Assembly (NCBI GenBank): GCA_045635085.1 | Contig: JAZRBM010000008.1 | Location: 142,936 to 206,935, forward strand | Reading direction: 5' to 3' | Length of the DNA stretch: 64,000 nt | From: Congzhengia sp. | Lineage (GTDB): Bacteria; Bacillota; Clostridia; UBA1381; UBA9506 | Shown here: positions 38,398-48,231 of the stretch, piece after piece | How the letters are laid out: the number at the start of each line of letters is the position of its first letter | How positions within the stretch are numbered: the first letter of the stretch is position 1 | The notes under the pieces: generated by a model | The model's database searches: none | The model's input: only the letters and a program-made list of their open reading frames with translations | Told to the model about the DNA's origin: nothing | Program-made: the position numbers and the translations under genes

Positions 38398-38511
38398 ATT
38401 AAAAAAAGTATTTTTTTATGATTTTCGTTGCAAAAAGAACAAAAGTATGTTAAAATTAAGTAAAATAAATATAAATATGTGTATTTTTGGGTTTTACATA
38501 GAGGAAAAGCT

Positions 38512-39738
38512 ATGAAGAATAAATGGATTATACCTGTTGTGTTGTTTATAGTTTTAATTACAGCCTATGCAGTAAGAGGGATTTTTCAATCTCGCATAGA
38601 GCTGGAGGTTTTGCAGGAAGGCAGAATTGAAGAATCAAGCACCACACAGGCAATTTTGATTAAAAATGAAAAAGTAAATACATTGACTCTATCGGGTAGC
38701 ACAGAAATTTACGCTAAAGACGATGAGCGCGTGGCAAGAAACGAAATTTTAGCTATAACCCATGGAGATAGCGAGGATAAGGCACTTTTAGAGGAATTTG
38801 CCGAAATCAATAAAAAAATTGTTGCAATTCGCTCAAGCCATGCAGACAGTTCCATATATATGAGTGATGCTATGCAAATGGAGTCAGAAGTTTCGTCATA
38901 TGTGGATGACATAATTGAGCTTTCTTCTGATAATGATTTTTCAAAACTTGGTGAACTCAAATATAAAATATCTATGATTGCAGCTCAGAAGGCAGTTGCA
39001 AGAGGCGAAAGCGTAACAACTCCTGCCGAAGAGGTTTTGACCCTGCAAACAAGAAAGAACGAAATAGAAGCAATGCTGGGAAAATCAGTACATATTGTTA
39101 CAGCAGATATTGCGGGAATTTTTGTGGAGGGAAGAGACGGGTTTGAAGAAAGTCTGGCTCCCGACAAAATCAATACACTAACTCCTGATATTGTAAATGA
39201 CGTTATAAATAACAGCAAAAACGGTAACCTCATTAACGAAGAAAATAATTATACGTATAAGATTGTAGATAATTTTAAATACTGCGTTGCGGTAAACCTT
39301 GAGGGTGAACTGGCAGACAGTATAAAGGTTGGCGACAGCGTCGATATAAGATTTTTGGACTTTTCCCCAAAAGAGGTAAAAGCGACAGTAAAGCATATTT
39401 CAGAGCCGGATGAGGATGGGTTTAAAACCGTTGTCGCCGAATGCGACAATTATGTAAAAAATCTTATGTCACAAAGGGTTGTACGTGTAGATTTTGTGAA
39501 AAAAAGCATTAGCGGCTACAAGGTAGATATAGAGCATATACACACAGTGGACAATACCATAGGTCTTTTTATTAAGCGTGGGGCAGTTATGAGATTTTTG
39601 CCTGTAAACATCAAATACAGCAATGAAGAAGAGGCTATTGTTACATCTGCCGACCCGGGCATGCCTATAAAATCTTATGATGAGATAGTAATAGCTGCGC
39701 CTGAATTTTCTGATGGAAAAGTAATTGTATCACAGTAA
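38512..39738 (+). CDS. HlyD/membrane-fusion-like protein (N-terminal TM, coiled coil, beta-rich C-terminus)
   Basis: TM segment WIIPVVLFIVLITAYAV and a long coiled region. Sits upstream of yggS-sepF, as in other Clostridia. ATG 38512 follows AGAGGAAAA. Confidence 0.45.
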   Translation: MKNKWIIPVVLFIVLITAYAVRGIFQSRIELEVLQEGRIEESSTTQAILIKNEKVNTLTLSGSTEIYAKDDERVARNEILAITHGDSEDKALLEEFAEINKKIVAIRSSHADSSIYMSDAMQMESEVSSYVDDIIELSSDNDFSKLGELKYKISMIAAQKAVARGESVTTPAEEVLTLQTRKNEIEAMLGKSVHIVTADIAGIFVEGRDGFEESLAPDKINTLTPDIVNDVINNSKNGNLINEENNYTYKIVDNFKYCVAVNLEGELADSIKVGDSVDIRFLDFSPKEVKATVKHISEPDEDGFKTVVAECDNYVKNLMSQRVVRVDFVKKSISGYKVDIEHIHTVDNTIGLFIKRGAVMRFLPVNIKYSNEEEAIVTSADPGMPIKSYDEIVIAAPEFSDGKVIVSQ

Positions 39739-39743
39739 AGGAA

Positions 39744-40427
39744 ATGATAAAAGTGATAAAAGATAATGTAAAAAAAGTACTTGATAATATCGGGGAGGCT
39801 GCCATAAAATCAGGCAGAAAACCTGAAGATATAACTTTGGTTGCTGTAACTAAAACGGTAACTGCTAAAGAAGCAGGTGAAGTTTTGGATGCCGGGGTTT
39901 TAACACTCGGAGAAAACCGAGTGCAGAGTCTGCTTGATAAATACGAAGTTTTAGGAAACAGACCCGAGTGGCATTTAATAGGACATCTGCAGACAAACAA
40001 GGTTAAGTATATAGCTGATAAGGTATCCTTGATTCATTCGGTTGAGAGCTTAAAACTTGCTGAGGAAATAGACAAAAAATTTAAAGAGGCAGACAGAATT
40101 GCAAAAATTTTAATTCAGGTAAATGTCTCCGGTGAAGAGAGCAAATTCGGCATTACGCCTTCTGATGCATTTTCCCTTATAGAAAAGGTTTCACAGCTTA
40201 AAAATGTACATGTAAAAGGGCTTATGACAATGGCACCTTTGATTGCCACATCTGATGAGTGCAGGAAATATTTTTATGAGCTTAAAAAGTTATCAGAAGA
40301 GATAAAGAATAAAAAATATGAAAATGTAGATATGTGCCATCTTTCCATGGGAATGAGCGGCGACTACAAAGAAGCAATACTGGAAGGTGCAACAATTGTT
40401 CGTGTAGGCAGTGCACTATTTAACTAA
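39744..40427 (+). CDS. yggS: YggS-family pyridoxal-phosphate homeostasis protein
   Basis: LVAVTKTV (PLP lysine), HLIGHLQTNK and SMGMSGDY. Confidence 0.9.
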   Translation: MIKVIKDNVKKVLDNIGEAAIKSGRKPEDITLVAVTKTVTAKEAGEVLDAGVLTLGENRVQSLLDKYEVLGNRPEWHLIGHLQTNKVKYIADKVSLIHSVESLKLAEEIDKKFKEADRIAKILIQVNVSGEESKFGITPSDAFSLIEKVSQLKNVHVKGLMTMAPLIATSDECRKYFYELKKLSEEIKNKKYENVDMCHLSMGMSGDYKEAILEGATIVRVGSALFN

Positions 40428-40491
40428 AGCGCATAATATCTTTACATAAAAAATGAATTAAGTTATGGTATAATTGAAAGGATGTAAAAAA

Positions 40492-40923
40492 ATGAGCACA
40501 ATGAACAAAATGCTTAAGTGGATTGGACTGGGAGATGAAGAAGAGGATATCTATGAAGTAGAAACAGATGCAGCAGATGAAATGATTGAACCTGCTACAC
40601 CATTAGGAAGAAGGGCAAAGGTTTCATCTATTTCAGGCGGAACACCTTCTAAGGTTGTTGTTATCCAGTTTTTAAACTTTGATGATGCAAAGGATGCAGC
40701 AGACCATTTAAAGAACAGAAAACCTATCGTTGCAAACTTAGAAAAGCTTGACAATGAAACAACACGCAGAGTTGTTGACTTTTTGTCAGGTGCTGTATAT
40801 GGTGTTGGCGGTAAAATTCAGAATGTTTCAAACAGAATTTTCCTTATTACGCCCAGCAATGTAGAGGTTACAGGCAACTATCGTGAAAGCGCAAAGACAA
40901 GCGGTTTTCCTTTTGTAAATTAA
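40492..40923 (+). CDS. sepF: cell division protein SepF
   Basis: DUF552 core VVVIQFLNFDDAKDAADHLKNRKPIVANL. The start is set at ATG 40492. Confidence 0.85.
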   Translation: MSTMNKMLKWIGLGDEEEDIYEVETDAADEMIEPATPLGRRAKVSSISGGTPSKVVVIQFLNFDDAKDAADHLKNRKPIVANLEKLDNETTRRVVDFLSGAVYGVGGKIQNVSNRIFLITPSNVEVTGNYRESAKTSGFPFVN

Positions 40924-40924
40924 T

Positions 40925-41683
40925 ATGAAATTAAGCGCACATTCACAAGATGATGAATGGCTTTCAAGATGTGAGGATTTCGAGCAGTCTGTACTTAAGT
41001 ATAAGAGTGTTCGTTTTTCTCATTTTGTGAGCCCGCATGATCTTGCAGTTTTTGTATCAAAATATCGACTCTCGCCAGATGTAAGGTATAAATCATTCGG
41101 TGGAAGTCAGGATGCAGAACGGGTAGTTTTGGCTTTTTATCCGGATTTTTTAGAAATTGATAATTCTGATTTTCCTATCACAGCGCTAAAAATTTCAAAT
41201 TTAGGCGCTATGACGCACAGGGATGTTTTAGGCTCTGTTTTAGGGCTTGGGATAAAGCGTGAGATGGTTGGCGACATATATTTTGGTGACAACAACGCGT
41301 ATATTATGTGCGAAAAAACTGCAGCTGACTACATTATGTATAATTTAAAAACAGTAGGCAGACAGAATGTAGAGGTAACTCTTTGTGATGGGGATACAGT
41401 CTTTTCTTTAAAACACAAGTTCGAGGTAGTAAAGATTATAGTTTCGTCACTAAGGCTTGATGCGGTAGTTTCTGCTGTTTGCAAAATGTCGCGCGCAGAT
41501 GCATCAAAAAACATTGTATCAGAAAATGTCAATCTGAACTTTATTACACAGAACAATCCCGATAAGAAAATATCACAAGGAGATCTTGTTTCAGTAAGAC
41601 ATCACGGACGATTTATGGTGGATGCCATTGTTGGTGAAACAAAAAAAGGACGCATTATATTGGAAGTAAAAAAATATATATAA
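40925..41683 (+). CDS. ylmH: YlmH-family S4-domain RNA-binding protein
   Basis: Conserved position between sepF and divIVA, with a C-terminal S4-like LRLDAVVSAVCKMSRADASKNI. Confidence 0.75.
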   Translation: MKLSAHSQDDEWLSRCEDFEQSVLKYKSVRFSHFVSPHDLAVFVSKYRLSPDVRYKSFGGSQDAERVVLAFYPDFLEIDNSDFPITALKISNLGAMTHRDVLGSVLGLGIKREMVGDIYFGDNNAYIMCEKTAADYIMYNLKTVGRQNVEVTLCDGDTVFSLKHKFEVVKIIVSSLRLDAVVSAVCKMSRADASKNIVSENVNLNFITQNNPDKKISQGDLVSVRHHGRFMVDAIVGETKKGRIILEVKKYI

Positions 41684-41708
41684 TTAATATGGAGAGGACG
41701 GAAAAACT

Positions 41709-42257
41709 ATGATTACGCCTGTTGATTTAGAGAACAAGGAGTTTAAAAAAGGTTTTCGCGGATATGATATTGACGAGGTTGAAACGTTTTTAACAGAGCT
41801 TTCAAAGGATTACGCAAGAATTTATCGCGAGAATGCAGGATTAAAGGACAAAAATGCGATTTTGACCGATGCTATTGAAAATTACAAAGAAATGGAAGAA
41901 ACCATGCGTAGCGCTATAATTTCCGCCCAGAGGACAAGCGAGGAAATCCTTAAAAACGCACACGAGCAAGCCGATATAATAGTTAAAGAGGCTAAAATCC
42001 GTGCAAAAGAAACAATGGATGAACTCGACAGAGATATTCAGGAATTAAAACGTGAGAGCGCAGAAATTGAAGGAAGAAATATGTTACTTCGCGCAAAGCT
42101 CAAGACAGTTTTAAATACATACCTTAGTATGCTTGATGAAATTCCGGCTACAGAGGATGAAGTTGTTAAAGAAGTAAAATCCGTTGATACGAGCACACAA
42201 GCTTTAGAAACAGAAACAATTCGTATCGATTTGACAGATAAAGAAGACGAAGAATAA
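41709..42257 (+). CDS. divIVA: DivIVA-domain cell division protein
   Basis: MITPVDLENKEFKKGFRGYDIDEVETFL followed by a coiled coil. Confidence 0.9.
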   Translation: MITPVDLENKEFKKGFRGYDIDEVETFLTELSKDYARIYRENAGLKDKNAILTDAIENYKEMEETMRSAIISAQRTSEEILKNAHEQADIIVKEAKIRAKETMDELDRDIQELKRESAEIEGRNMLLRAKLKTVLNTYLSMLDEIPATEDEVVKEVKSVDTSTQALETETIRIDLTDKEDEE

Positions 42258-42293
42258 TGCTTTAAGCAATAAACAGTTAGGAGAGAAAAACAA

Positions 42294-45089
42294 ATGGCAG
42301 AAGATTACGGTAAGACCCTTAATTTGCCGAGCACTGAGTTTTCAATGAGGGCAAATTTGCCTCAGAGAGAGCCTGAAATACTCAAAAGATGGCAAGATGA
42401 AAACATGTATGAAAAGCTGATGGAAAACAATGAAGGAAAGCCTCTTTTCATACTTCATGACGGACCTCCGTATGCAAACGGAAATATGCATATGGGTCAC
42501 GCCTTAAATAAAACGTTAAAGGATGTTATCACAAGATTTAAAAATATGGATGGCTATAAAGCCCCATATATTCACGGTTGGGACACTCATGGTCTGCCTA
42601 TTGAAAGACAGGCTATTAAACAGCTGGGAGTAAATCGTCACGAGATAAGTATTGTCAAATTTCGTGATATGTGTCGTGATTTTGCACTTTCTCAGGTAGA
42701 AAATCAGAAGTCTCAGATCAAACGTCTGGGCGCGCTGGGCGATTGGGATAACTCATATTTGACATTAGCTCCTGAATTTGAAGCAAAACAGATCGAAATC
42801 TTTGGCGAAATGGCAAAAAAAGGCTATATATATAAAGGGTTAAAGCCTATTTATTGGTGCACAGACTGTGAAACAGCTCTGGCAGAAGCCGAGATTGAAT
42901 ATGAAGAAGACAAGACAAGCTCGATTTATGTTAAATTCAGAGTTTCTGAGGACAACGGTGTTTTCAAAGATACAGGTATAGATAAAAATGAAATATATTT
43001 TGTAATCTGGACAACAACAACCTGGACACTTCCCGGTAACGTTGCGATTGCTTTAAACCCTGAGTTTACTTATAGTTTAGTTAAGGCAAATGGGGAATAC
43101 TATGTTTTGGCACATGAGCTTATTGAAAATGTACTTGCAGCTGCAAAAATTTCCGACTACGAAGTTGTGGCTCAGTATACAGGTAAAGAGTTAGAGCTTA
43201 TCCGCTGCAAACATCCGTTTATTGACAGAGAATCTTTGGTAATCGTTGGTGACCACGTTACATTAGATGCAGGTACAGGCTGTGTTCATACAGCTCCAGG
43301 TCATGGTGCAGAGGACTATGTTGCTTGTAAAAATTATAAAGAAATCCCGATTATCGTTCCTGTTGACGGCAAGGGATACTTAAATGAATTGGCAGGAGAA
43401 TTTGCAGGATTATTCTACGAAGAATCAAATGCTGAGATTATCAAAAAGCTAAAAGAAGTGAATGCACTTTATGCTATAGAAGACATTATCCACCAGTATC
43501 CACACTGCTGGAGATGTCATAAGCCTATTGTATTTCGTGCTACAGAGCAGTGGTTTGCATCTGTTGATGAAATTAAGGACGCAGCAATTGAGGCGATCAA
43601 GGGTGTTCGCTGGATTCCAAAATGGGGCGAAGACAGAATTACTGGTATGGTTGCAGACAGAAGCGACTGGTGTATCTCAAGACAGAGAACATGGGGCGTT
43701 CCTATTCCTATATTCTACTGCAAGGATTGTGGCAAAGAATTAATTACAGAAGATTCTATCAAGGCTGTGTCAAAGCTCTTTGCAGAAAAAGGCTCTACAG
43801 CATGGTATGAAACTGATGCAAGTGAAATTTTGCCATCCGGTACAAAATGTGAATGCGGATGCACAGAATTTACAAAAGAAAAAGACATTATGGACGTTTG
43901 GTTCGACTCCGGTTCATCGCACTCTGGTGTATTGGATGTTAAAGAAGGCCTGCAGTTCCCTGCTGACCTCTATTTAGAAGGTAACGACCAGTACAGAGGC
44001 TGGTTCCAGTCATCACTTTTAACATCAGTTGCAGCTCGTGGACAGGCGCCTTATAAGACAGTTATCACACACGGTATGATTGTGGATGAGACGGGCGAAA
44101 AAATGTCAAAATCAAAGGGCAATGGTATAAGCCCTCAGGATATTATTGAAAAGTATGGTGCAGATTTACTCCGTTTATGGGTAGTATCGGCTGACTATAA
44201 AACAGACATGAGAATTTCTGACGGTATCTTAAAGCAGTTGTCAGAATCATACAGAAAAATAAGAAATACAGCAAGATATATACTTGGAAATATCAGCGAC
44301 TTTAATCCTGAAGCAGATATGGTGGCAACAGAGGAGCTTTTAGATATTGACAAGTGGGCACTCATAAGACTTTCAAAGCTTACAGAAAAGGTTTTAGACG
44401 CTTACAGAAATTACGAATTCCATATCGTTCAACACGCAATTCACAATTTCTGTATAGTTGATATGAGTAATTTCTATCTTGATGTTATAAAAGACAGACT
44501 CTACACAGAAAAGGCAGACAGCAAGGCACGTCGTGCGGCACAGACTGTAATGTATAAGGTTTTAGATTCTTTAGTTAGAATGTTAGCACCTGTTTTAGCC
44601 TTTACAAGCGAAGAAATCTGGGCAAGTATGCCTCATACAGCTTCTGATAAGACAGAATATGTTATCTTAAATGATATGCCAAAACCTACACCTGAGCTTT
44701 ATGACGAGGTGTTTGAGTCCAAGTGGGCAAGACTTATGTTGGCTAAAGCCGATGTTTCAAAGGCGCTTGAGACGGCTCGTGGTGCTAAGGTTATAGGTAA
44801 ATCATTAGGAGCTAAGGTAGAGATTTTTGCAGATGGTTCATACTATGATTTATTAAAGGAAATGGAAAGTGACCTGTTTACTTACTTTATCACATCAGGT
44901 GCAGAAGTTAAGCCTTTAGCTGATGCAACTGACGATGCTATACTTGGCGAAACAGGTATTAAGGTATTAGTATCTGTAGCAAGTGGAGATGAGTGTGAAC
45001 GTTGTTGGATTCATTCTGAAACTGTAGGCAAAGACACAGTACATCCTACATTGTGTGCAAGATGTGCAAGTGTTCTTAAGGAGGACTAA
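42294..45089 (+). CDS. ileS: isoleucine--tRNA ligase
   Basis: HMGHALNK (HIGH), KMSKSKGN, a CP1 editing domain, and a C-terminal zinc finger CERCW...CARC. Confidence 0.97.
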   Translation: MAEDYGKTLNLPSTEFSMRANLPQREPEILKRWQDENMYEKLMENNEGKPLFILHDGPPYANGNMHMGHALNKTLKDVITRFKNMDGYKAPYIHGWDTHGLPIERQAIKQLGVNRHEISIVKFRDMCRDFALSQVENQKSQIKRLGALGDWDNSYLTLAPEFEAKQIEIFGEMAKKGYIYKGLKPIYWCTDCETALAEAEIEYEEDKTSSIYVKFRVSEDNGVFKDTGIDKNEIYFVIWTTTTWTLPGNVAIALNPEFTYSLVKANGEYYVLAHELIENVLAAAKISDYEVVAQYTGKELELIRCKHPFIDRESLVIVGDHVTLDAGTGCVHTAPGHGAEDYVACKNYKEIPIIVPVDGKGYLNELAGEFAGLFYEESNAEIIKKLKEVNALYAIEDIIHQYPHCWRCHKPIVFRATEQWFASVDEIKDAAIEAIKGVRWIPKWGEDRITGMVADRSDWCISRQRTWGVPIPIFYCKDCGKELITEDSIKAVSKLFAEKGSTAWYETDASEILPSGTKCECGCTEFTKEKDIMDVWFDSGSSHSGVLDVKEGLQFPADLYLEGNDQYRGWFQSSLLTSVAARGQAPYKTVITHGMIVDETGEKMSKSKGNGISPQDIIEKYGADLLRLWVVSADYKTDMRISDGILKQLSESYRKIRNTARYILGNISDFNPEADMVATEELLDIDKWALIRLSKLTEKVLDAYRNYEFHIVQHAIHNFCIVDMSNFYLDVIKDRLYTEKADSKARRAAQTVMYKVLDSLVRMLAPVLAFTSEEIWASMPHTASDKTEYVILNDMPKPTPELYDEVFESKWARLMLAKADVSKALETARGAKVIGKSLGAKVEIFADGSYYDLLKEMESDLFTYFITSGAEVKPLADATDDAILGETGIKVLVSVASGDECERCWIHSETVGKDTVHPTLCARCASVLKED

Positions 45090-45094
45090 TAAAA

Positions 45095-45553
45095 TTGCTC
45101 ATACCATTTTTTGCAGGTATATTTATAATTGCGATTTTAGATCAGGCGGCAAAAGTTTTTGCCGCCGGTCTTTTGCCGAGTCTTAAAAGCGTTCCGATTA
45201 TAAAAGATGTTTTTCACCTGACGTATGTAGAAAATACAGGTGCTGGGTTTGGTGTTTTTTCCGGTCATACATGGATATTGACTGTGCTTACTTTGGCGGT
45301 TATTTTGGCTGTAGTTATCTATATGACAGCCAAAAGACCAAAAAGCAAAACGCTTACTCTGGCCATGACATTTATTATGGGCGGAGCTTTAGGAAATGTA
45401 ATTGATAGAATAAGGCTTGGTTATGTTATTGATTTTTTTGATTTTACATTGATTGATTTTCCGGTGTTTAATGTGGCAGATTGCTTTATCACAATAGGTG
45501 CTGTGATTTTTGCAGTCTATGTGATTTTTTTGAGCGACAAGAAGGAGCGGTAG
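45095..45553 (+). CDS. lspA: lipoprotein signal peptidase II
   Basis: TTG start 9 nt after AAGGAGGA. Motifs NTGAGFG and FNVAD. Confidence 0.9.
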   Translation: MLIPFFAGIFIIAILDQAAKVFAAGLLPSLKSVPIIKDVFHLTYVENTGAGFGVFSGHTWILTVLTLAVILAVVIYMTAKRPKSKTLTLAMTFIMGGALGNVIDRIRLGYVIDFFDFTLIDFPVFNVADCFITIGAVIFAVYVIFLSDKKER

Positions 45554-45554
45554 T

Positions 45555-46472
45555 ATGTTATATGTAGCAGAAGAGAAAGATATCGGCAAAAGACTCGATG
45601 TTTTTTTGTCAGAATGTGCTGATATTACGCGTTCTAATGCTCAGAAACTCCTTTCGGACAACTGCGTTTTTGTAAATGGAGTAAAAGGAAATAAAAAGTA
45701 TAAATTAAAGCAAAATGACGAGGTTCGGGCAATTTTTCCCGAGCCTCGTGTTGTAGAGGTTGTTCCGCAGGATATACCTTTGGATATAGTATATGAAGAT
45801 GATGACATTGTCGTTGTAAATAAAGCGCAGGGTATGGTTGTGCATCCTGCAGCAGGAAATCCGGACGGCACACTGGTAAATGCGCTGATGTTTCACACAA
45901 AAGGAAACTTGTCTGCTATAAACGGAGTCATTCGACCAGGAATAGTTCACAGAATAGATAAAGATACGAGTGGAATTTTAGTGGTTGCCAAAAACGATAA
46001 AGCTCATTTGTCGCTATCTGAACAAATCAAAGAGCACAGTATGACCAGAGAATATTTTTGTCTGGTTGTTGGTGGGGTAAGAGAAGATAAATTTACGGTG
46101 GAAAAGCCAATAGGACGAGACCCCAAAGACAGAAAGAAAATGTTAGCTGGTGCCCAAGACGGAAGAGAGGCTGTGACGCATTTTTATGTTGAGAAAAGGT
46201 ATGTTGGCTACACGCTTTTGCGGTGCGTTTTGGAAACAGGCAGAACACATCAGATTCGCGTTCATTTAAAAAGCGTAGGAAAAGCAATAGTGGGTGATAC
46301 TGTCTACGGGCTGAAAAAAGATGTGCTGGCTCAAAAACACGGTATAAAGGGTCAGCTTTTACACGCGAAAAAGTTGGGTTTCGTGCATCCGACACAAGGT
46401 CAATATGTTGAGTACAACAGTGAATTACCACGTGATTTTTTGTGCATATTAGACGAATTAAGCGCTATTTAA
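45555..46472 (+). CDS. rluD: RluA-family 23S rRNA pseudouridine synthase
   Basis: N-terminal S4 domain, catalytic HRIDKDTSG, and TGRTHQIRVH. Confidence 0.9.
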   Translation: MLYVAEEKDIGKRLDVFLSECADITRSNAQKLLSDNCVFVNGVKGNKKYKLKQNDEVRAIFPEPRVVEVVPQDIPLDIVYEDDDIVVVNKAQGMVVHPAAGNPDGTLVNALMFHTKGNLSAINGVIRPGIVHRIDKDTSGILVVAKNDKAHLSLSEQIKEHSMTREYFCLVVGGVREDKFTVEKPIGRDPKDRKKMLAGAQDGREAVTHFYVEKRYVGYTLLRCVLETGRTHQIRVHLKSVGKAIVGDTVYGLKKDVLAQKHGIKGQLLHAKKLGFVHPTQGQYVEYNSELPRDFLCILDELSAI

Positions 46473-46514
46473 TAGTCAAATTTGACAAAAATATACAATT
46501 GGAACGGTTTTTCG

Positions 46515-46543
46515 TTGACTATTAATATTCGTTAGAATATAAT
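46515..46543 (+). promoter_or_regulatory. sigma-A type promoter of sigH (TTGACT-17-TATAAT)
   Basis: Hexamers at 46515-46520 and 46538-46543. Confidence 0.6.
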
Positions 46544-46580
46544 ATATTATGTGCATGGTGTTTTATGTGCATAAAAAGGA

Positions 46581-47195
46581 ATGAGAAGTAATTTGGAAAA
46601 TATAATAAATTACGAGCAATTGACGGATGAAGATGTTGTGGCGCTTGCGCAAAAGGGAGACGGCCGCGCGACAGACTTTATTGTCAATAAATATAAGGGA
46701 TTTGTAGAGATACGCTCAATGCCGTATTTTATGGCAGGTGCTGATCGAGATGATCTTGTTCAGGAAGGATTGATTGGGCTTTATAAGGCGATAAAGTCTT
46801 ACAGCCAGACACGAAAAGCAAACTTTAAAACATTTGCAGAGGTGTGTGTAGTAAGACAAATGATATCTGCAGTAAAAAGTTCAACCCGTAAGAAAAACTC
46901 ACCCCTTAATCACTATATATCTATTCATGGCCAGGAGGATGAGGGTGATAATATATCAGCAAAGCTTGTTGATATTAAAAATGACGATCCTGAAAGTATG
47001 CTGATAGAAAAAGAGGCTGCCGACGGTATGCAAAACAAAATCTTTGGTGTTTTAAGTGATTTTGAATCTGAAGTTTTGAATTACTATTTGTCAGGAATTT
47101 CTTATAAGGAAATTGCAAAGTTCATCGGCAAACCTGCAAAAGCTGTAGATAATGCGCTTTGCAGAATTAAAAAAAAGATAGAACATTATATTTAA
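46581..47195 (+). CDS. sigH: RNA polymerase sporulation sigma factor SigH
   Basis: GADRDDLVQEGLIGLYKAIKSY...FKTFAEVCVVRQMISAVKSSTRKKNSPLN parallels B. subtilis SigH. The exact start is uncertain because the RBS abuts the ATG. Confidence 0.85.
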   Translation: MRSNLENIINYEQLTDEDVVALAQKGDGRATDFIVNKYKGFVEIRSMPYFMAGADRDDLVQEGLIGLYKAIKSYSQTRKANFKTFAEVCVVRQMISAVKSSTRKKNSPLNHYISIHGQEDEGDNISAKLVDIKNDDPESMLIEKEAADGMQNKIFGVLSDFESEVLNYYLSGISYKEIAKFIGKPAKAVDNALCRIKKKIEHYI

Positions 47196-47257
47196 TTTGG
47201 TTGTAAGCGCTAAGCGCTTTCAATAGATTTTTAAATTATCAAAGTGAGGGATTTTTA

Positions 47258-47533
47258 ATGTACGAAGACAAGACACTCGTGTGCAAAGACTGCGGAGCAG
47301 AATTTGTGTTCACAGCTGGTGAACAGGAATTTTACGCTGAAAAAGGTTTCGAAAATGAACCCAGCCGTTGCAAAGAATGCAGAATCGCAAGAAAGAACAG
47401 CATCAGGCAGAACAGAGTAATGCACACAGCAATTTGCGCAGAATGCGGACAGGAAGCTCAAGTTCCTTTTGAGCCAAAAGAAGACCGCGCTGTATACTGC
47501 AGTGAATGTTTCGCTAAGCATAAAGGCGAATAA
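47258..47533 (+). CDS. CxxC-x17-CxxC zinc-ribbon protein
   Basis: Two repeats are present: CKDCGAEFVFTAGEQEFYAEKGFENEPSRCKEC and CAECGQEAQVPFEPKEDRAVYCSEC. Confidence 0.8.
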   Translation: MYEDKTLVCKDCGAEFVFTAGEQEFYAEKGFENEPSRCKECRIARKNSIRQNRVMHTAICAECGQEAQVPFEPKEDRAVYCSECFAKHKGE

Positions 47534-47631
47534 TTCAGTGCAAACTGCAATGTTTTAGTAGTACTGATTTATACATAAAAGTTTCACCTGTAAAAAAGTT
47601 TTGCAAGTTGAAAAAAGTTGTTAAAAAGTAC

Positions 47632-47660
47632 TTGCATTTTAGTGTTGTATTTGGTATAAT
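47632..47660 (+). promoter_or_regulatory. sigma-A type promoter of the rimP-nusA-infB operon (TTGCAT-17-TATAAT, TGg)
   Basis: Hexamers at 47632-47637 and 47655-47660. Confidence 0.6.
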
Positions 47661-47683
47661 ATTAATAGTGGATATTGTGGTTA

Positions 47684-47712
47684 GAAAGAGTGGGAGCTGT
47701 TCCCACTCTTTC
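47684..47712 (+). terminator. strong leader hairpin without a clean U-tract (candidate factor-dependent attenuator)
   Basis: 12-bp perfect stem GAAAGAGTGGGA/TCCCACTCTTTC with a 5-nt loop, followed by GCATTATATTT. Confidence 0.45.
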
Positions 47713-47748
47713 GCATTATATTTAAAAAATTTAATAAGGGGATATTGT

Positions 47749-48210
47749 ATGGCGTACAGCAGAACAGAACAAGAGGTATTAGTGCTTCTTAATCCTATTA
47801 TAGAGGCAAAAGGCATCTATCTTTGGGATATCGAATTTAAAAAAGAAGGTCCGTCGTATGTCTTGAGAATTTTTATCGATAAAGACGGAGGAGTTGGAAT
47901 TTCCGACTGCGAAGAGGTAAGCAGAGAATTAAGCGATGCTTTAGATGCGCATGACCCGATACCTCAGGAGTATATGTTGGAGGTTTCGTCAGCAGGCTTA
48001 GACCGCGTCATTAAGTACGACGAGCATTTTGATAAATGTCAGGGAAAAAATGTAGATTTAAAGCTCTTTGCCGCAATAGACGGTTTAAAGGAGTTTACAG
48101 CAAGGCTTGTCGGTCATGACGAGGAAAATATAAAACTAGAAATCGACGGAAATGAAAAAGCATTTCCTAAAAATAAAATATCATCAATAAGACTCACTGT
48201 TGAGTTTTAA
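47749..48210 (+). CDS. rimP: ribosome maturation factor RimP
   Basis: ATG 47749 follows AAGGGGA. RimP-like LRIFIDKDGGVGISDCEEVSRELSDALD...LEVSSAGLDR. The track extension back to 47608 spans the promoter. Confidence 0.85.
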   Translation: MAYSRTEQEVLVLLNPIIEAKGIYLWDIEFKKEGPSYVLRIFIDKDGGVGISDCEEVSRELSDALDAHDPIPQEYMLEVSSAGLDRVIKYDEHFDKCQGKNVDLKLFAAIDGLKEFTARLVGHDEENIKLEIDGNEKAFPKNKISSIRLTVEF

Positions 48211-48231
48211 TAGTTTGGAGGAATTAAAAAA

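Noticed and set aside
46548-46575. Direct repeat TTATGTGCAT x2 in the sigH 5' UTR as a regulator site
   Set aside because: These are only two short copies in AT-rich DNA. I cannot tie the sequence to a known operator (for example AbrB has no strict consensus), so it is too weak to report as a finding.
47608-47748. 47-codon N-terminal extension of rimP
   Set aside because: It spans the operon promoter and the 12-bp leader hairpin. RimP homology begins at ATG 47749, which has AAGGGGA upstream.
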